A stretch of DNA of 64,000 nt from Bacteroidota bacterium (GCA_013288905.1 JABDAW010000002.1:3265-67264); one strand, 5' to 3'. Numbered from the stretch's first letter, positions 9,023 to 19,145 are shown. Numbers and translations: made by a program. The notes: a model not told the origin generated them from the letters alone.

Positions 9023-11152
9023 TCAAAAACTAATCCTCACTTCCGCCGAAACATCGGTCTTGGTATTTCCATTAATCAAATCCAATCCTGAACTGATAGT
9101 CGCCACATTGGTATAGACCGTTTGAGCCATGCGCAGCCAGATACTCACACCTTTTATTAGATGATATTGAATCATGAGATTCGTAAGACTGCCCTGATTA
9201 TTGAGAGAAGGAATGGAGAAGGAATTAGGAATATCACCGCCCGAAACAAAGACTCTTGAATAATAATTATTGCAGTCGAATAAAGCATATCGAAAAACAA
9301 TAGAAAGTTTTGATTTTTGAATTTTCAGAATCACATCCTGGGACAGTAAATAGCCATTGCCTTGTGGATAATGCCCTATTTGTGATTGAGTGATGACAAC
9401 CTTTTCAGCAACACTTAATGCATTCGAAAATTTATATTGAAGATTGAATTGCAAACTGTTTTGCATGAATCCTATGAGGTAATAAATCGGGATAATCATA
9501 TTGCCTTGCAGGGTCTGTTTATTTGATTCCTTAAAACGAATGTTCATAGCCAATTTCTTGTTTGGAGTATATGCTAATTGAACAAGATATTCAGTTCCGT
9601 GAGAAGGTGCCGTGCATTCATAATGGAGCCAGGGAAAATAAAACTGATCATAATAAGCGGAAAAAACCAAGAACTTCGTAAGGTTAGAAGTTAAGCCGAT
9701 ATATGTACCTTCTTCGTTACTGGTACTGGTTCCATCTTTGAATCCATTGCTTTGTAATGCCTGGTAATCCTTGGCGTAATTCCGATAAAGAATAGCAATG
9801 GAAGTCCTTGAATCCACACTTAGCAACACTCCGCTAAGATACGCCATTCCAGCGTTTGCGCTTCTTGCCACTTCTCCAAAGAAGTTGTAATTCTTAATGA
9901 TGTATGAATAATCCAAGCCGATATTATTATTCGATCTTCCTGAGAAATCGAATTGATTATAATACTTAGGCTTCCGAATATAATCAGCATCAAATTGGGT
10001 ATGATAAGAAGTAATTCCAATATTCAATTTGTCAATATTGTATGCAAGATGCCCGCCATACATAGCTTCTCCGATGATTTGCTTTTGGCTTAATTCCTTG
10101 TAAGTCCGGTGATACCCACTCGTTCCAAGTGATGAAAACACTGATGGGTCCTGGGTTAATGAATCAACAGAAGTAGCGATCCCATCCAATTTATGATAAG
10201 AATAAAAGGGAGTAAACTCAAAGTGTTTATAAGCAAAAGTCGCAGCATATCCCCTCATAAAAGCATTGGCATTAGAAGAAGTATTAGCAATCAAGTCCCG
10301 ACTCATCTTCTTAATTCCTAATACATCACCGGTCTTACTGAAACTTAATCCGGAAGACAGACAAAGCCCTTGCCCAAAGCCAAGCTGATAATCGCCAATA
10401 GCAAGGGTTTTAATGAATCCCTTTCCTTTGTATAAAAGATGAGCGGAGTAATAATCAAAGCCTTTATAGAATTGCAAAGTATGTTTTGGAATAGCGTTAG
10501 ACCCTTGGAAGAATTCTGCACCAGCATCCTTCTTTCCAGTAAAACCAAATGACAACTGATCAGAAAAAGTATATTTATATTTCATTAATATCAGATAAGG
10601 ACTTCCAAGATATTTTTTACTTGCAAGTAATTCACTTTGTGTGATTGGCTGGGCATATCCGACACTTGGCTCAAGTGTTTTTGTGGCAAGAAAATCCAAT
10701 TCCTGCTTTCCTTTTGTAAAGAAGTTTTTAAAGGACAGTGGCACGGTATTATCACTTGCCTGAACAACGATGAAAGGAAGAATCCGTTCTATTGTTTCAT
10801 AATTAAAACCATCAATAGATTGCAATTCATAAACCTCTATCAGCTTCCCAAACTGCCTGATATGATTGAGAAGCGAAGTAATCTGAACTTCGTTTAATAA
10901 CCCAAATTCCTGAAGCTGTTCACGGCTAGCAAAGTTGATATTTAAGGGATGATCTTTATAATTATTCAAATGATCAATCATCGTCGAGAAGTCAATGTAA
11001 TTATCTGTCTGTTCAGCGATAGTCTCAATTTTATCCTGAATGAAATAATCAGCGTTATTCCCTAATGTATCCTGTGAATAAGACCTATTACTAAACAGAA
11101 TAAGAATTATTAATCCCATTGCTGGAATCACGTTGAGTAGATTTATTTTCAT
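9023..11152 (-). CDS. Large outer-membrane beta-barrel-type protein with an N-terminal helix-hairpin-helix (ComEA-like) motif
   Basis: Signal peptide. HhH-like segment FASREQLQEFGLLNEVQITSLLNHIRQFGKL. C-terminal ...AEVRISF with terminal Phe. Confidence 0.5.
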   Translation of the reverse strand: MKINLLNVIPAMGLIILILFSNRSYSQDTLGNNADYFIQDKIETIAEQTDNYIDFSTMIDHLNNYKDHPLNINFASREQLQEFGLLNEVQITSLLNHIRQFGKLIEVYELQSIDGFNYETIERILPFIVVQASDNTVPLSFKNFFTKGKQELDFLATKTLEPSVGYAQPITQSELLASKKYLGSPYLILMKYKYTFSDQLSFGFTGKKDAGAEFFQGSNAIPKHTLQFYKGFDYYSAHLLYKGKGFIKTLAIGDYQLGFGQGLCLSSGLSFSKTGDVLGIKKMSRDLIANTSSNANAFMRGYAATFAYKHFEFTPFYSYHKLDGIATSVDSLTQDPSVFSSLGTSGYHRTYKELSQKQIIGEAMYGGHLAYNIDKLNIGITSYHTQFDADYIRKPKYYNQFDFSGRSNNNIGLDYSYIIKNYNFFGEVARSANAGMAYLSGVLLSVDSRTSIAILYRNYAKDYQALQSNGFKDGTSTSNEEGTYIGLTSNLTKFLVFSAYYDQFYFPWLHYECTAPSHGTEYLVQLAYTPNKKLAMNIRFKESNKQTLQGNMIIPIYYLIGFMQNSLQFNLQYKFSNALSVAEKVVITQSQIGHYPQGNGYLLSQDVILKIQKSKLSIVFRYALFDCNNYYSRVFVSGGDIPNSFSIPSLNNQGSLTNLMIQYHLIKGVSIWLRMAQTVYTNVATISSGLDLINGNTKTDVSAEVRISF

Positions 11153-11158
11153 TCTGGA

Positions 11159-11983
11159 TTATTTGAAAGAATAAGAAAGAGAAATGGCTGGTGTACTGCC
11201 TAATTCCTGATAAATGGTTTCCGAAAAATCAAATTTAAATGTCTTCATTACAAGCCCAATTCCAAATGCATCAGATACCGGATTAGTAGATATTCCACAG
11301 CGAAGATAAAATTGCTTGACCGCATGATATTCCACACCAGCCTTTACATTCTCTTGCTGTGTAATATCCTTTTCAAGTTCCAAACTGCAAATCACTTTAT
11401 CAGAAAAAGTATATGCCAAACCAATCCTCAAAATTGAAGGGATTCTTTCATCATAAGTAGCTGCAAGTTTGGCTCTTGTTGGATTATAAATATGAGCAGC
11501 AAGAACTAATTCTGGAAGAATCTTTGCCTGAAATCCTGCTTCTGCAGCAATAGCGTTATTGCTTCCATAACCATCCCCGACAAACGTGTTAAGATAATCC
11601 AATTGCATTCCAAAAGAGAAAACATCTCCATAAGATTTAGCATAACAAATACCCAACTTTGTTTCATTGTAAAGACTGTAACCAAAGCCTGTATATGACA
11701 ATCCAAATACTCCTAACTTCTTCAATGGAATAACAAAACCAAAAGCCTTTAAAGCAAGTTCAGGAAGCAGGAATTCATTCTCATAAAATACGCCGGCACT
11801 TATCTCCTTAAGACTTGCAATGCCCGCCTGATTTTGCCACAAAGACCACACATCTATATAAGTCAATGAAGCGTTAGCAACACCAGCCGACCGTGCCCCT
11901 ATTGAGAAATTATCATTGCCGGAAAACGACCATGTTGATAGTAAACAGAATACAATGGCTAACACAGGAGAATGATATTTCAT
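11159..11983 (-). CDS. Outer-membrane beta-barrel protein (hypothetical, possibly PorP/SprF-like)
   Basis: Signal peptide, alternating hydrophobic beta-strand pattern, C-terminus ...SLSYSFK. Confidence 0.45.
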   Translation of the reverse strand: MKYHSPVLAIVFCLLSTWSFSGNDNFSIGARSAGVANASLTYIDVWSLWQNQAGIASLKEISAGVFYENEFLLPELALKAFGFVIPLKKLGVFGLSYTGFGYSLYNETKLGICYAKSYGDVFSFGMQLDYLNTFVGDGYGSNNAIAAEAGFQAKILPELVLAAHIYNPTRAKLAATYDERIPSILRIGLAYTFSDKVICSLELEKDITQQENVKAGVEYHAVKQFYLRCGISTNPVSDAFGIGLVMKTFKFDFSETIYQELGSTPAISLSYSFK

Positions 11984-12001
11984 CCTCCGTGCTGTAGGGT
12001 A

Positions 12002-12535
12002 TTATTTGCCAGAATTGGTAGTACTGTTCACCATGAATTTGAAACTTGTATTCTTGATTTCTTCATTGCCAGCAACAACCTTATTCTTCATTTTTTCTTT
12101 GTAGGCAATCATTTTATTCTGAACAGTTTTATCTCCAGTTCCGATTATCTGAACAGCAAGTAAACCCGCATTGGTAGCACCATTCAATGCAACCGTAGCA
12201 ACTGGAATACCACTTGGCATTTGCAACATAGAAAGCACCGAATCCCATCCATCAATGGAGTTGGAAGACTTGATTGGTACAGCAATAATCGGTAAGGGTG
12301 TGAGTGCAGCAATAACTCCTGCCAGATGTGCAGCTCCTCCTGCACCAGCAATGATTGTTTTTAACCCTCTGTCAGCAGCTTCCATAGCATACTTAACGGC
12401 TTCATGTGGGGTGCGATGTGCTGAGATAACATTGACTTCAAAAGGTATCTCAAATTCTTCTAAAACTGCGGCAGCCTCTGACATCAATTTGAAGTCTGAC
12501 TGGCTGCCCATAATTATTCCTACTAATGGTTTCAT
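12002..12535 (-). CDS. purE: N5-carboxyaminoimidazole ribonucleotide mutase
   Basis: Strong PurE signature (GSQSD..., AGGAAHLAG..., SIDGWDSVLSMLQMP). The likely start is the MKPLVG Met at 12535. Unusual C-terminal ~25-aa extension. Confidence 0.85.
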   Translation of the reverse strand: MKPLVGIIMGSQSDFKLMSEAAAVLEEFEIPFEVNVISAHRTPHEAVKYAMEAADRGLKTIIAGAGGAAHLAGVIAALTPLPIIAVPIKSSNSIDGWDSVLSMLQMPSGIPVATVALNGATNAGLLAVQIIGTGDKTVQNKMIAYKEKMKNKVVAGNEEIKNTSFKFMVNSTTNSGK

Positions 12536-12625
12536 ATCATATTTATTTGCGGCAAAACTAAACATTATTTAATAAATGAAGATTACAAGCAAAAACAAAA
12601 CTACTTAACACGCTCTCCTTTATAA

Positions 12626-12680
12626 TGATCATCGTTTTGTTGCTGCACCGCGAGGGCGGATGCAATCACAAAACGATGAA
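12626..12680. repeat. REP-like 55-bp palindromic element (catcgttttgttgc..gggcggatgc..cacaaaacgatg), copy 1
   Basis: Near-identical copy in reverse orientation at 27697-27752 and a related copy at 15297-15350. Confidence 0.6.
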
Positions 12681-12817
12681 AGAATGAAACCGGAAGGTAG
12701 GCTTTAGTCTTCCTGTATGGTAGCAAGTTTTTTTTAATGTTGTATTTAAGAAGGTATTATGATTAATAAACGGGCAAACATACAGGAAGGCTAAAGCCTA
12801 CATGTCTGGTTTCATCG

Positions 12818-13642
12818 TCACTTAATAATTTTTTCTTTTAAGTTGCTTAAAAGGTAGTTGGGTTTGACAATAAATATAAGGCTATCTTCAGTAATACCTT
12901 GAGATGTCACACCACTAAAAATCCATTGTTTTGTACTTGGTTTATACAAAAAGACAGGAGCTCCTGAATATCCTGGCTTTACTCTTGATTTTGATTTTAC
13001 TGCATAATTTATAGAATCAAAAATTTGTTTATTTTTAACGGCAAAATTATAATTAATATTTTCATTTGGGCTACTAACCAAAACGCCTTCAATACAGGAT
13101 GCGTCACGTAATCTAAAGTTACTAAAATCATCATCATCCAACTCTGGATACCCAAAAATAAGTGCGTTTTGAATAGTAATTTCCGAATTTCTAAATATTA
13201 AGTTTTCAATAGAATTTATTTGGAATTTATTTGCATCTTTAATTTCAATAAAACAATAATCTGGTTCATTAAAGTAAAAATCTTCCTTTTCATCATTCTT
13301 CAAACTACTTATATCTAAAGGATAAAATGTAAATTCATTTTGATTCACTTTTCTTAATCTGACATAAAGAGTATCAGGGTAATTTCCCCTTTTTACAGAA
13401 TTACTGGCACTCCATGATGTTAATACATGTTTGGCAGATACGAGAAAAGTTTTTTCCTTGTATTTAATAAAGAAACAAGTTCCTTGAGTTATATTAACAT
13501 GATTTATATCATTCCCTTTATATACGCCGTAGATATAATAACTATACTTAATTAAAGAGTCTCTATCAGTTTGAGCATTTGAAAAACTAATATGATATAC
13601 AGAAAACAAGATAATAAGTATTTTGATTTTTGAACTTTTCAT
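12818..13642 (-). CDS. Secreted trypsin-like (S1/chymotrypsin fold) serine peptidase
   Basis: Signal peptide. His in GTCFFIKY..SAKHVL. Ser motif GYSGAPVF (GxSGxP). Confidence 0.55.
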   Translation of the reverse strand: MKSSKIKILIILFSVYHISFSNAQTDRDSLIKYSYYIYGVYKGNDINHVNITQGTCFFIKYKEKTFLVSAKHVLTSWSASNSVKRGNYPDTLYVRLRKVNQNEFTFYPLDISSLKNDEKEDFYFNEPDYCFIEIKDANKFQINSIENLIFRNSEITIQNALIFGYPELDDDDFSNFRLRDASCIEGVLVSSPNENINYNFAVKNKQIFDSINYAVKSKSRVKPGYSGAPVFLYKPSTKQWIFSGVTSQGITEDSLIFIVKPNYLLSNLKEKIIK

Positions 13643-13663
13643 AAAGCAAGTTAAGAATAAAGA

Positions 13664-14668
13664 TTAATCAAATCTTTGTTTCTTCAATGGGTAATAATAC
13701 TCCCTTTTTAAACTTTCAATTTTTTCTTTGGTAGTATGACTTAATGAAGGGTAATATAATGTTGGATACATTGTTCCTCCTTTAACAAGATTAGCATGAT
13801 TTTTTGCCCGGAATTCTCTATATTTTTTCCAATGTTCTATTGATTCATCAAACAAATCATCATTAAAGAAAAGGGTAATATGATCTGACTTTTTTGAAAT
13901 GCTTTTTATTTGTGTTATTAAATCATTCAATTCTGAATCAATTTTAGTAAATTCATTTATTGCAAATTTATTCATTTCACTTTGTGCTTCAGGAACATTC
14001 GGAAATAATTGGTTATGAATAAAACCATTTACTTGTTCCAAAAACACCTTAGAATGAATAAAACATTTTTGAATTTCAACAACATCAATTTCTACATCTG
14101 TTGCATATTCATGACAAAATATATGTCTCAATTCAAAAGTTCGCTTTACTGATATTATTATATCTGAAAAGTTTGAGATAAAATAATCAGTATTTTTATT
14201 TGTTAATTCATAGATGCTTTTCTTCTTAAAACCTTTTAAAGCCTCAGTAAAACTTGAGCCTAATAAAGTTGAAATATGTGAATCAATATCATCATAGTTA
14301 TTGAAAGATAAAATGTGAGAAACGAACTCTCCTGCTGTTACCATTTTGGATTGAATTGCACTAATAATCTCAAAGTCGAATTTAGTATTTTTCGATTGAT
14401 TGTAATTTATTACATTATCACTGAAAGGTTTACCATGGTCAACAAGATCCTTTACAATGAGCCTAAAAGTAGTTTCAAAACAAGCAATAGAAGAAATTAT
14501 TATATACCTTAAAAATTCTTCAGGAATAATTTTATTCTTTTCCTTTGATTTTATGTATTCATCCAAAACATACTCAAGGCTTGCAAACTTAAAAAATATA
14601 GAATAACGAGAGTTAAACTCTGAACGTTCCTTAATCGTTTTTATCTCATCAATTAATTTTCTTTTCAT
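13664..14668 (-). CDS. Hypothetical cytoplasmic protein with a possible Rx4H (HEPN-like) motif and a DUF1311-like C-terminus
   Basis: The likely start is MKRKLIDEI at 14668. Contains RHIFCHEYAT (Rx4H). The C-terminal WKKYREFRAKNHANLVKGGTMYPTL resembles the DUF1311/LprI motif. Confidence 0.4.
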   Translation of the reverse strand: MKRKLIDEIKTIKERSEFNSRYSIFFKFASLEYVLDEYIKSKEKNKIIPEEFLRYIIISSIACFETTFRLIVKDLVDHGKPFSDNVINYNQSKNTKFDFEIISAIQSKMVTAGEFVSHILSFNNYDDIDSHISTLLGSSFTEALKGFKKKSIYELTNKNTDYFISNFSDIIISVKRTFELRHIFCHEYATDVEIDVVEIQKCFIHSKVFLEQVNGFIHNQLFPNVPEAQSEMNKFAINEFTKIDSELNDLITQIKSISKKSDHITLFFNDDLFDESIEHWKKYREFRAKNHANLVKGGTMYPTLYYPSLSHTTKEKIESLKREYYYPLKKQRFD

Positions 14669-14932
14669 ATTAAACAGATTTAAGCAATTCTTTAATGCCG
14701 CCAAATTACACAAAAAATAAGTGAACCACATCAAATCCTCCAAAACAAAATCCCTTTCACCTCCTCCCCTCCAATCCCAGCTCCCCACGCCACTTTCCAC
14801 ACTCCCACCAACCTTCGTTATTAAAGGAAAAAAACTGTATCTTTCCGGTAAAACCTAATTATTCCCCTTTCCAACTCATTGATTTATAATACAAAAAATC
14901 AACAAAGACCATTTGTCGGAGATTTAGTCGTA

Positions 14933-15165
14933 ATCCTCCAACTTTTCGTTGCATCCATCTGACTTTTCGTTGCTTTTATCCGACAGTTGGTTGTTATTCT
15001 CCAACTGTTGGTTGTTATTCTCCAACAGATGGTTCTATCACTCCAACTTTTCGTTGCATTCGTCCAACGGATGGTTCTATCTCTCCAACTTTTCGTTGCA
15101 TTCGTCCAACAGATGGTTCTATCCATCCACTTTTTCGTTACATATCTCCAACAAATGGATGCAGC
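14933..15165. repeat. Tandem array with a 21-bp period (~11 units, ctccaacttttcgttgcattcg / tccaacagatggttctatct alternating)
   Basis: Direct reading. The ORFs 14899-15238 on both strands are repeat artefacts. Confidence 0.8.
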
Positions 15166-15204
15166 CCATTTTTTCTTACGTTTTGTTGTATTTTTTATGA
15201 AGTA

Positions 15205-15285
15205 CAATCCTGAAAGGTTTTTCTCCTTTCTGGTTTAATAAAATAGCTGTTAATACCTGAAATGAGAAAAACTTTTCAGGATACA
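15205..15285. repeat. Terminal hairpin element (aatcctgaaagg...ctttcagg / cctgaaatgagaaaaacttttcaggat), copy 1
   Basis: A near-identical copy lies at 19065-19145. Both directly follow a 21-bp-period array. Confidence 0.6.
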
Positions 15286-15296
15286 TTCATAATTTT

Positions 15297-15350
15297 TTCT
15301 TTCATCGTCTTGTGATTGCGACTTTTTTAAGGCGCAGCAACAAGACGATG
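15297..15350. repeat. REP-like palindromic element (catcgtcttgtgattgcg...cgcagcaacaagacgatg), related copy
   Basis: Shares the terminal inverted repeats catcgtYttgt / acaaRacgatg with 12626-12680 and 27697-27752. Confidence 0.5.
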
Positions 15351-15508
15351 ATGATTGTTAGTAAAGAAATAATTCGAAATATTCCATGACTCGATAAACT
15401 TATCTGTGCTATTTGTCAGACACCCTATAAACCTTTACTCTTTATCCTTCACCATGATTTTTGTAATATTGCAGTCTGAACGATGATTAATTTATTCCTT
15501 TTTATAAT

Positions 15509-15946
15509 ATGAATGACGGCTTCATTACCATAGCCACTTATCCTGAGCCTCTGGAAGCTAATCTGATGCGTTCTAAATTATTGTCAGAAGACATTGAATG
15601 TATTTTATTGGATGAAAATCTGATTTCAGTCCAGCCATTTTATTCCAATGCCATCGGCGGAATCAAGCTCCAGGTGCATGAAGATGATGCTCAGAGAGCT
15701 AAGGAAATTTTGGAGGAATCGAATAAGCCTCCCTTACATATTATTTATAAAAATATTAATCATAAAACGAATAAACATACTAAGCTTCATTGTCCTGAAT
15801 GTAACTCTACTGAAGTTTATTATGAGCGTCTTTCTAATAGCGAATTGGTATTGTGTATTCTTTTATTAGGCATCCCTTTATTGTTTTTAAAAGGGAAATA
15901 TCATTGCTATAATTGCGGTAATAAATGGGAGAAAGAAAAACTTTAA
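15509..15946 (+). CDS. DUF2007-like small protein with a C-terminal zinc ribbon (CPECNS...CYNCGN)
   Basis: N-terminal domain resembles the putative signal-transducing DUF2007 fold. Two CxxC pairs at the C-terminus. Confidence 0.4.
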   Translation: MNDGFITIATYPEPLEANLMRSKLLSEDIECILLDENLISVQPFYSNAIGGIKLQVHEDDAQRAKEILEESNKPPLHIIYKNINHKTNKHTKLHCPECNSTEVYYERLSNSELVLCILLLGIPLLFLKGKYHCYNCGNKWEKEKL

Positions 15947-15961
15947 TAGATTGAATTAATA

Positions 15962-16912
15962 ATGAATAGCAATCCAGATCATCACCATGAGAAGCACGAC
16001 AAACATCAGGACCACGGGCATTCTCATCACCATCATCATGTTTCTCCACAACATATAACCCGTGCTTTTATCATCGGTATTATTTTGAATCTTGCCTTTG
16101 TCATTACAGAAGCTATCACCGGATTCATGATTCATTCTCTTGCCCTGCTTACGGATGCTGGTCATAATCTCAGTGATGTAGCGAGTCTTGCTTTAGTCCT
16201 TGTGGCTACAAGTTTGTCGAAGAAGAAGGCTACGAAAAACTATACTTATGGCTACCAGAAAACAACTATACTTGTCGCACTTTCAAATGCTGTTCTTCTA
16301 TTGATTGCTGTGGGTGCTATTGGCTATGAAGCGGTGCAGCGAATGATTCATCCCGAGCCTGTGCAGGGCAATATTATTTCCATCATTGCAGGCATCGGAA
16401 TTCTTATCAATACTGCCACAGCACTTCTCTTCCTCAAAGATAAAGACAAAGATATTAATGTACGCGGTGCATATATTCACATGGCTTCGGATGCTGTCGT
16501 ATCTGCGGGTGTTGTTGTTGCGGGGATCATTATGTATTATACTAATTACTTTTGGTTGGATTCTATTATCAGCGTCGTGATTATTGTTGTAATTATTGTC
16601 AGCACATGGGACTTGCTTAAAGATTCATTGCGTTTGAGTTTGGATGGAGTTCCTGCGGGAATCGAATCCAACGAAATTATCAAATATCTCTATTCACTGG
16701 AAGGAGTCAGGGAAGTTCATGATCTTCATATCTGGGCGATGAGTACCACAGAAACCGCGTTGACAGTGCATCTTGTTATTCCAGACAAAATTACAGATGA
16801 CGAATTCCTGATGAAGATTAAGCATAAACTGGCTCATGATTTTCAGGTAGCGCATTCCACTATTCAGATAGAGAAGAATCTTAGTGGGGAAGACTGTGAT
16901 CAGCGATGTTGA
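15962..16912 (+). CDS. Cation diffusion facilitator (CzcD/ZitB-type) metal efflux transporter
   Basis: His-rich N-terminus (HHHEKHDKHQDHGHSHHHHH), CDF signature HSLALLTDAGHNLSD, six TM helices and a C-terminal cytoplasmic domain. Confidence 0.85.
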   Translation: MNSNPDHHHEKHDKHQDHGHSHHHHHVSPQHITRAFIIGIILNLAFVITEAITGFMIHSLALLTDAGHNLSDVASLALVLVATSLSKKKATKNYTYGYQKTTILVALSNAVLLLIAVGAIGYEAVQRMIHPEPVQGNIISIIAGIGILINTATALLFLKDKDKDINVRGAYIHMASDAVVSAGVVVAGIIMYYTNYFWLDSIISVVIIVVIIVSTWDLLKDSLRLSLDGVPAGIESNEIIKYLYSLEGVREVHDLHIWAMSTTETALTVHLVIPDKITDDEFLMKIKHKLAHDFQVAHSTIQIEKNLSGEDCDQRC

Positions 16913-16979
16913 TCAATTATTAATTAATAATTAATAATACTTGCTATTAATTGTTTGAGAATTCTCGAAGGGCTTAATC

Positions 16980-17948
16980 TTAGATAGTCTTTGAAAGCCT
17001 TGGTCCCGGGTCATTCTCTACTGGTTTCACGGTTCTAAGGAACTTATAAATAGCTGTAAGGTCATCATCGCTCATGTGAGAAAAGGGTCCCCAGGGCATT
17101 ATAGATTCATGGATAAGTCGTCCTTGGCGGAATCTCTCGATAAACTTTTCTTTTGACCAATTCGCAAGTATTCCTGTCTTGGCATCGCAGGTGATATTTG
17201 GAGTACAAAGCGTAATGGATGGGTCAATTTCTGAAGGAAGTTTGAATCCTCCTGCATAAAAAGGTCCGATATATTCCCCGGTATGTAAATCCCTGGCGGT
17301 ATGGCAGCCGCGGCAATTAGCGACATTCATAACTAAGTATTTGCCATATTCAACAGTAGGACCTACAGGCACACTCTTAGCGACTTCACCTTCAGGACCC
17401 ACAGGTTTCAACATAAATGCCTTGACAATTTTTCCCATTACATTGAATTCATTCTTAGGAACATCATTTTTAACAGGTTCCAAAGTACGAAGATAAGAAA
17501 TCACTGCTGTCAAATCCTCATCGCTCAAGTTATTAAATGGCATTAAATTAAACAATGCCCTTCCATCATGCCCGACACCAAATCGCAATGCGCGAGCAAT
17601 TTCGCCATCAGAAAGTTTTCCTATTCCAGTTTCATCAGAGGTCAAATTTCTGGAATAAAGCGTCCCTATCGGCAAGATAAAAGCATGACCTCCTGTCAAA
17701 GGAAGTATTTCGCCTTTCTCTACTTGAGGTAATTTATCAAGGGTGGTATGACAATATGCGCAATGCGCCGGTCCATATACAAAATCTCTTCCGCGAGCAA
17801 TAACGGCGGTGTCTTTACTGGCATGAATGTCGGGATAGGGGGCATCGAATTTTAGATTTTGCCTGGAGGCAACAGCAATAGTAATGATAATTAATATAAG
17901 GAACACGGTGATACCTGTCCATTTTAAGATTTTCTTTAGAGCTTTCAT
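16980..17948 (-). CDS. Di-heme c-type cytochrome
   Basis: Two CxxCH motifs (CAYCHT, CRGCHT). The ATG at 17948 gives an N-terminal TM/signal anchor (MKALKKILKWTGITVFLILIIITIAVA). The 5' extension in the ORF track is unlikely to be real. Confidence 0.7.
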   Translation of the reverse strand: MKALKKILKWTGITVFLILIIITIAVASRQNLKFDAPYPDIHASKDTAVIARGRDFVYGPAHCAYCHTTLDKLPQVEKGEILPLTGGHAFILPIGTLYSRNLTSDETGIGKLSDGEIARALRFGVGHDGRALFNLMPFNNLSDEDLTAVISYLRTLEPVKNDVPKNEFNVMGKIVKAFMLKPVGPEGEVAKSVPVGPTVEYGKYLVMNVANCRGCHTARDLHTGEYIGPFYAGGFKLPSEIDPSITLCTPNITCDAKTGILANWSKEKFIERFRQGRLIHESIMPWGPFSHMSDDDLTAIYKFLRTVKPVENDPGPRLSKTI

Positions 17949-18150
17949 TATAAAATTTATATTGTTATTGTTTCGGCAGCAAAAATAGGAAATGGACTTT
18001 AAGCTTCCAAATAAATTTTCATTTTTAACAATTAAGGGAAGATATTCTCTATAAATCGTGATGTAATTATTCCAAAGAAGTAGAAAAAGATTATTCAGAG
18101 GCGGCAAATTATACCATTTCTAAAGTTAAAATCGTCCAAATAACATCAAA

Positions 18151-18233
18151 TTCAACACTAAGACACTAAGTCCACTAAGATTCACTAAGGTACGCTTAGT
18201 GAATCTTAGTGGACTTAGTGTCTTAGTGTTGAA
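18151..18233. repeat. Perfect 39-bp-arm palindrome built from 'cactaag' repeats
   Basis: ttcaacactaagacactaagtccactaagattcactaag gtacgc ttagtgaatcttagtggacttagtgtcttagtgttgaa. Confidence 0.85.
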
Positions 18234-18240
18234 AATATTT

Positions 18241-18404
18241 AATGACTGTCGGGTTATTTATACCAACAATATAATTTCAGTATAAAAACTGTGTAAACTT
18301 GGCATTCCGACGAAGGAGGAATCCTATTGAAATATGGATAGGATTCCTCCTTCGTCGGAATGACAAGACAAAATTTGGTTTATACAAACCGACAGTCATT
18401 AAAT
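18241..18404. mobile_element. MITE-like nested-palindrome element, copy 1 (outer aatgactgtcgg/ccgacagtcatt, inner cattccgacgaaggaggaatcctat)
   Basis: A second copy at 25929-26088 has the same architecture and ~85% identity. No coding capacity. Confidence 0.65.
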
Positions 18405-18479
18405 ATTTTATTGCTTCCAGATTGTTTTGCAAATATAAATGATATTACCAAGTGCTAAAAACCTTAGTATAGTTGAATC

Positions 18480-19075
18480 TTCAAATTGAAAGAAAAGAGA
18501 ATACGAAAGTATGAATTGTTCTTGAATACCACGTCTTTCGGGAGGAATGGCAGCTTGGGGTTTTGGAATTGTAATGCTTTGGATAAAAAAAATAAGCTAA
18601 ATCTGTCAAAAAACAATGTTCCTTTCACAAAAAACAATGTTCGGTTTGCAAATAACATTCAATACGACGCGAATAACAATGGTCGTTTTGTCAAAAAGAA
18701 TCCTCGAGACTTCAAAATGAATGGTTGGGAAATAAAAAACAGAGGAAAGAAAATGAAAAACATTCCTCTGTTTTTCATTTCCATTTGATACGACACAAAA
18801 AACAATGGTCATTTCTTGAATAAATGAACATTACTTTGCGTGAAAGGAGGAATGTTTTTTGCACAATGAGGATTACTTTTGGTGAATCGAACCTTACTTT
18901 TGATGAAAGGATAATTACTATGGATGAAAGGAACTTTGTTTCTTATGAACTGAACCTTATTATTTGTGTTTTGAACATTGTTGTTTGTGTTTTGATGTCT
19001 GCTATTTATGAAATGAACATGGTTGTTTGTGTTTTGATGTCTATTAATTATGTAATGAGATGCGGAATCCTGAAA
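18480..19075. repeat. Degenerate repeat tract: loose 'caaaaaacaatgttc' repeats, then a decayed ~21-bp-period array at 18840-19075
   Basis: Units ending ..ttttg / ..tttg recur every 20-23 bp. The ORFs at 18486-18788 and 18824-19120 are likely artefacts. Confidence 0.5.
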
Positions 19076-19145
19076 GGCTTTTCTCTTTTCAGGTTTAATA
19101 AAATAGTTATCAAAAATTGAAAGGAGAAAAACTTTTCAGGATGGG
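19065..19145. repeat. Terminal hairpin element, copy 2 (aatcctgaaaggcttttctcttttcagg...gaaaggagaaaaacttttcaggat)
   Basis: Near-identical to 15205-15285. Confidence 0.6.

Noticed and set aside
14899-15238. ORFs 14899-15207(-), 14949-15200(+) and 14987-15238(+)
   Set aside because: They lie entirely inside the 21-bp array and its terminal hairpin, and multi-frame open reading is a repeat artefact. The same applies to 47241-47660/47476-47736, 26248-26742/26423-26689 and 63240-63584/63298-63612.
17949-18107. 5' extension of the cytochrome c ORF (MPPLNNLFLLLWNNY...)
   Set aside because: The extension has no signal or TM logic. The internal Met at 17948 gives a canonical signal anchor immediately before the first CxxCH. 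The upstream sequence is AT-rich promoter-like DNA.
18486-19120. ORFs 18486-18788 and 18824-19120 (100 and 98 aa)
   Set aside because: They lie within the degenerate repeat tract between palindromic elements. They have odd composition and no homology signal, so they are probably not genes. Confidence in rejection is moderate.
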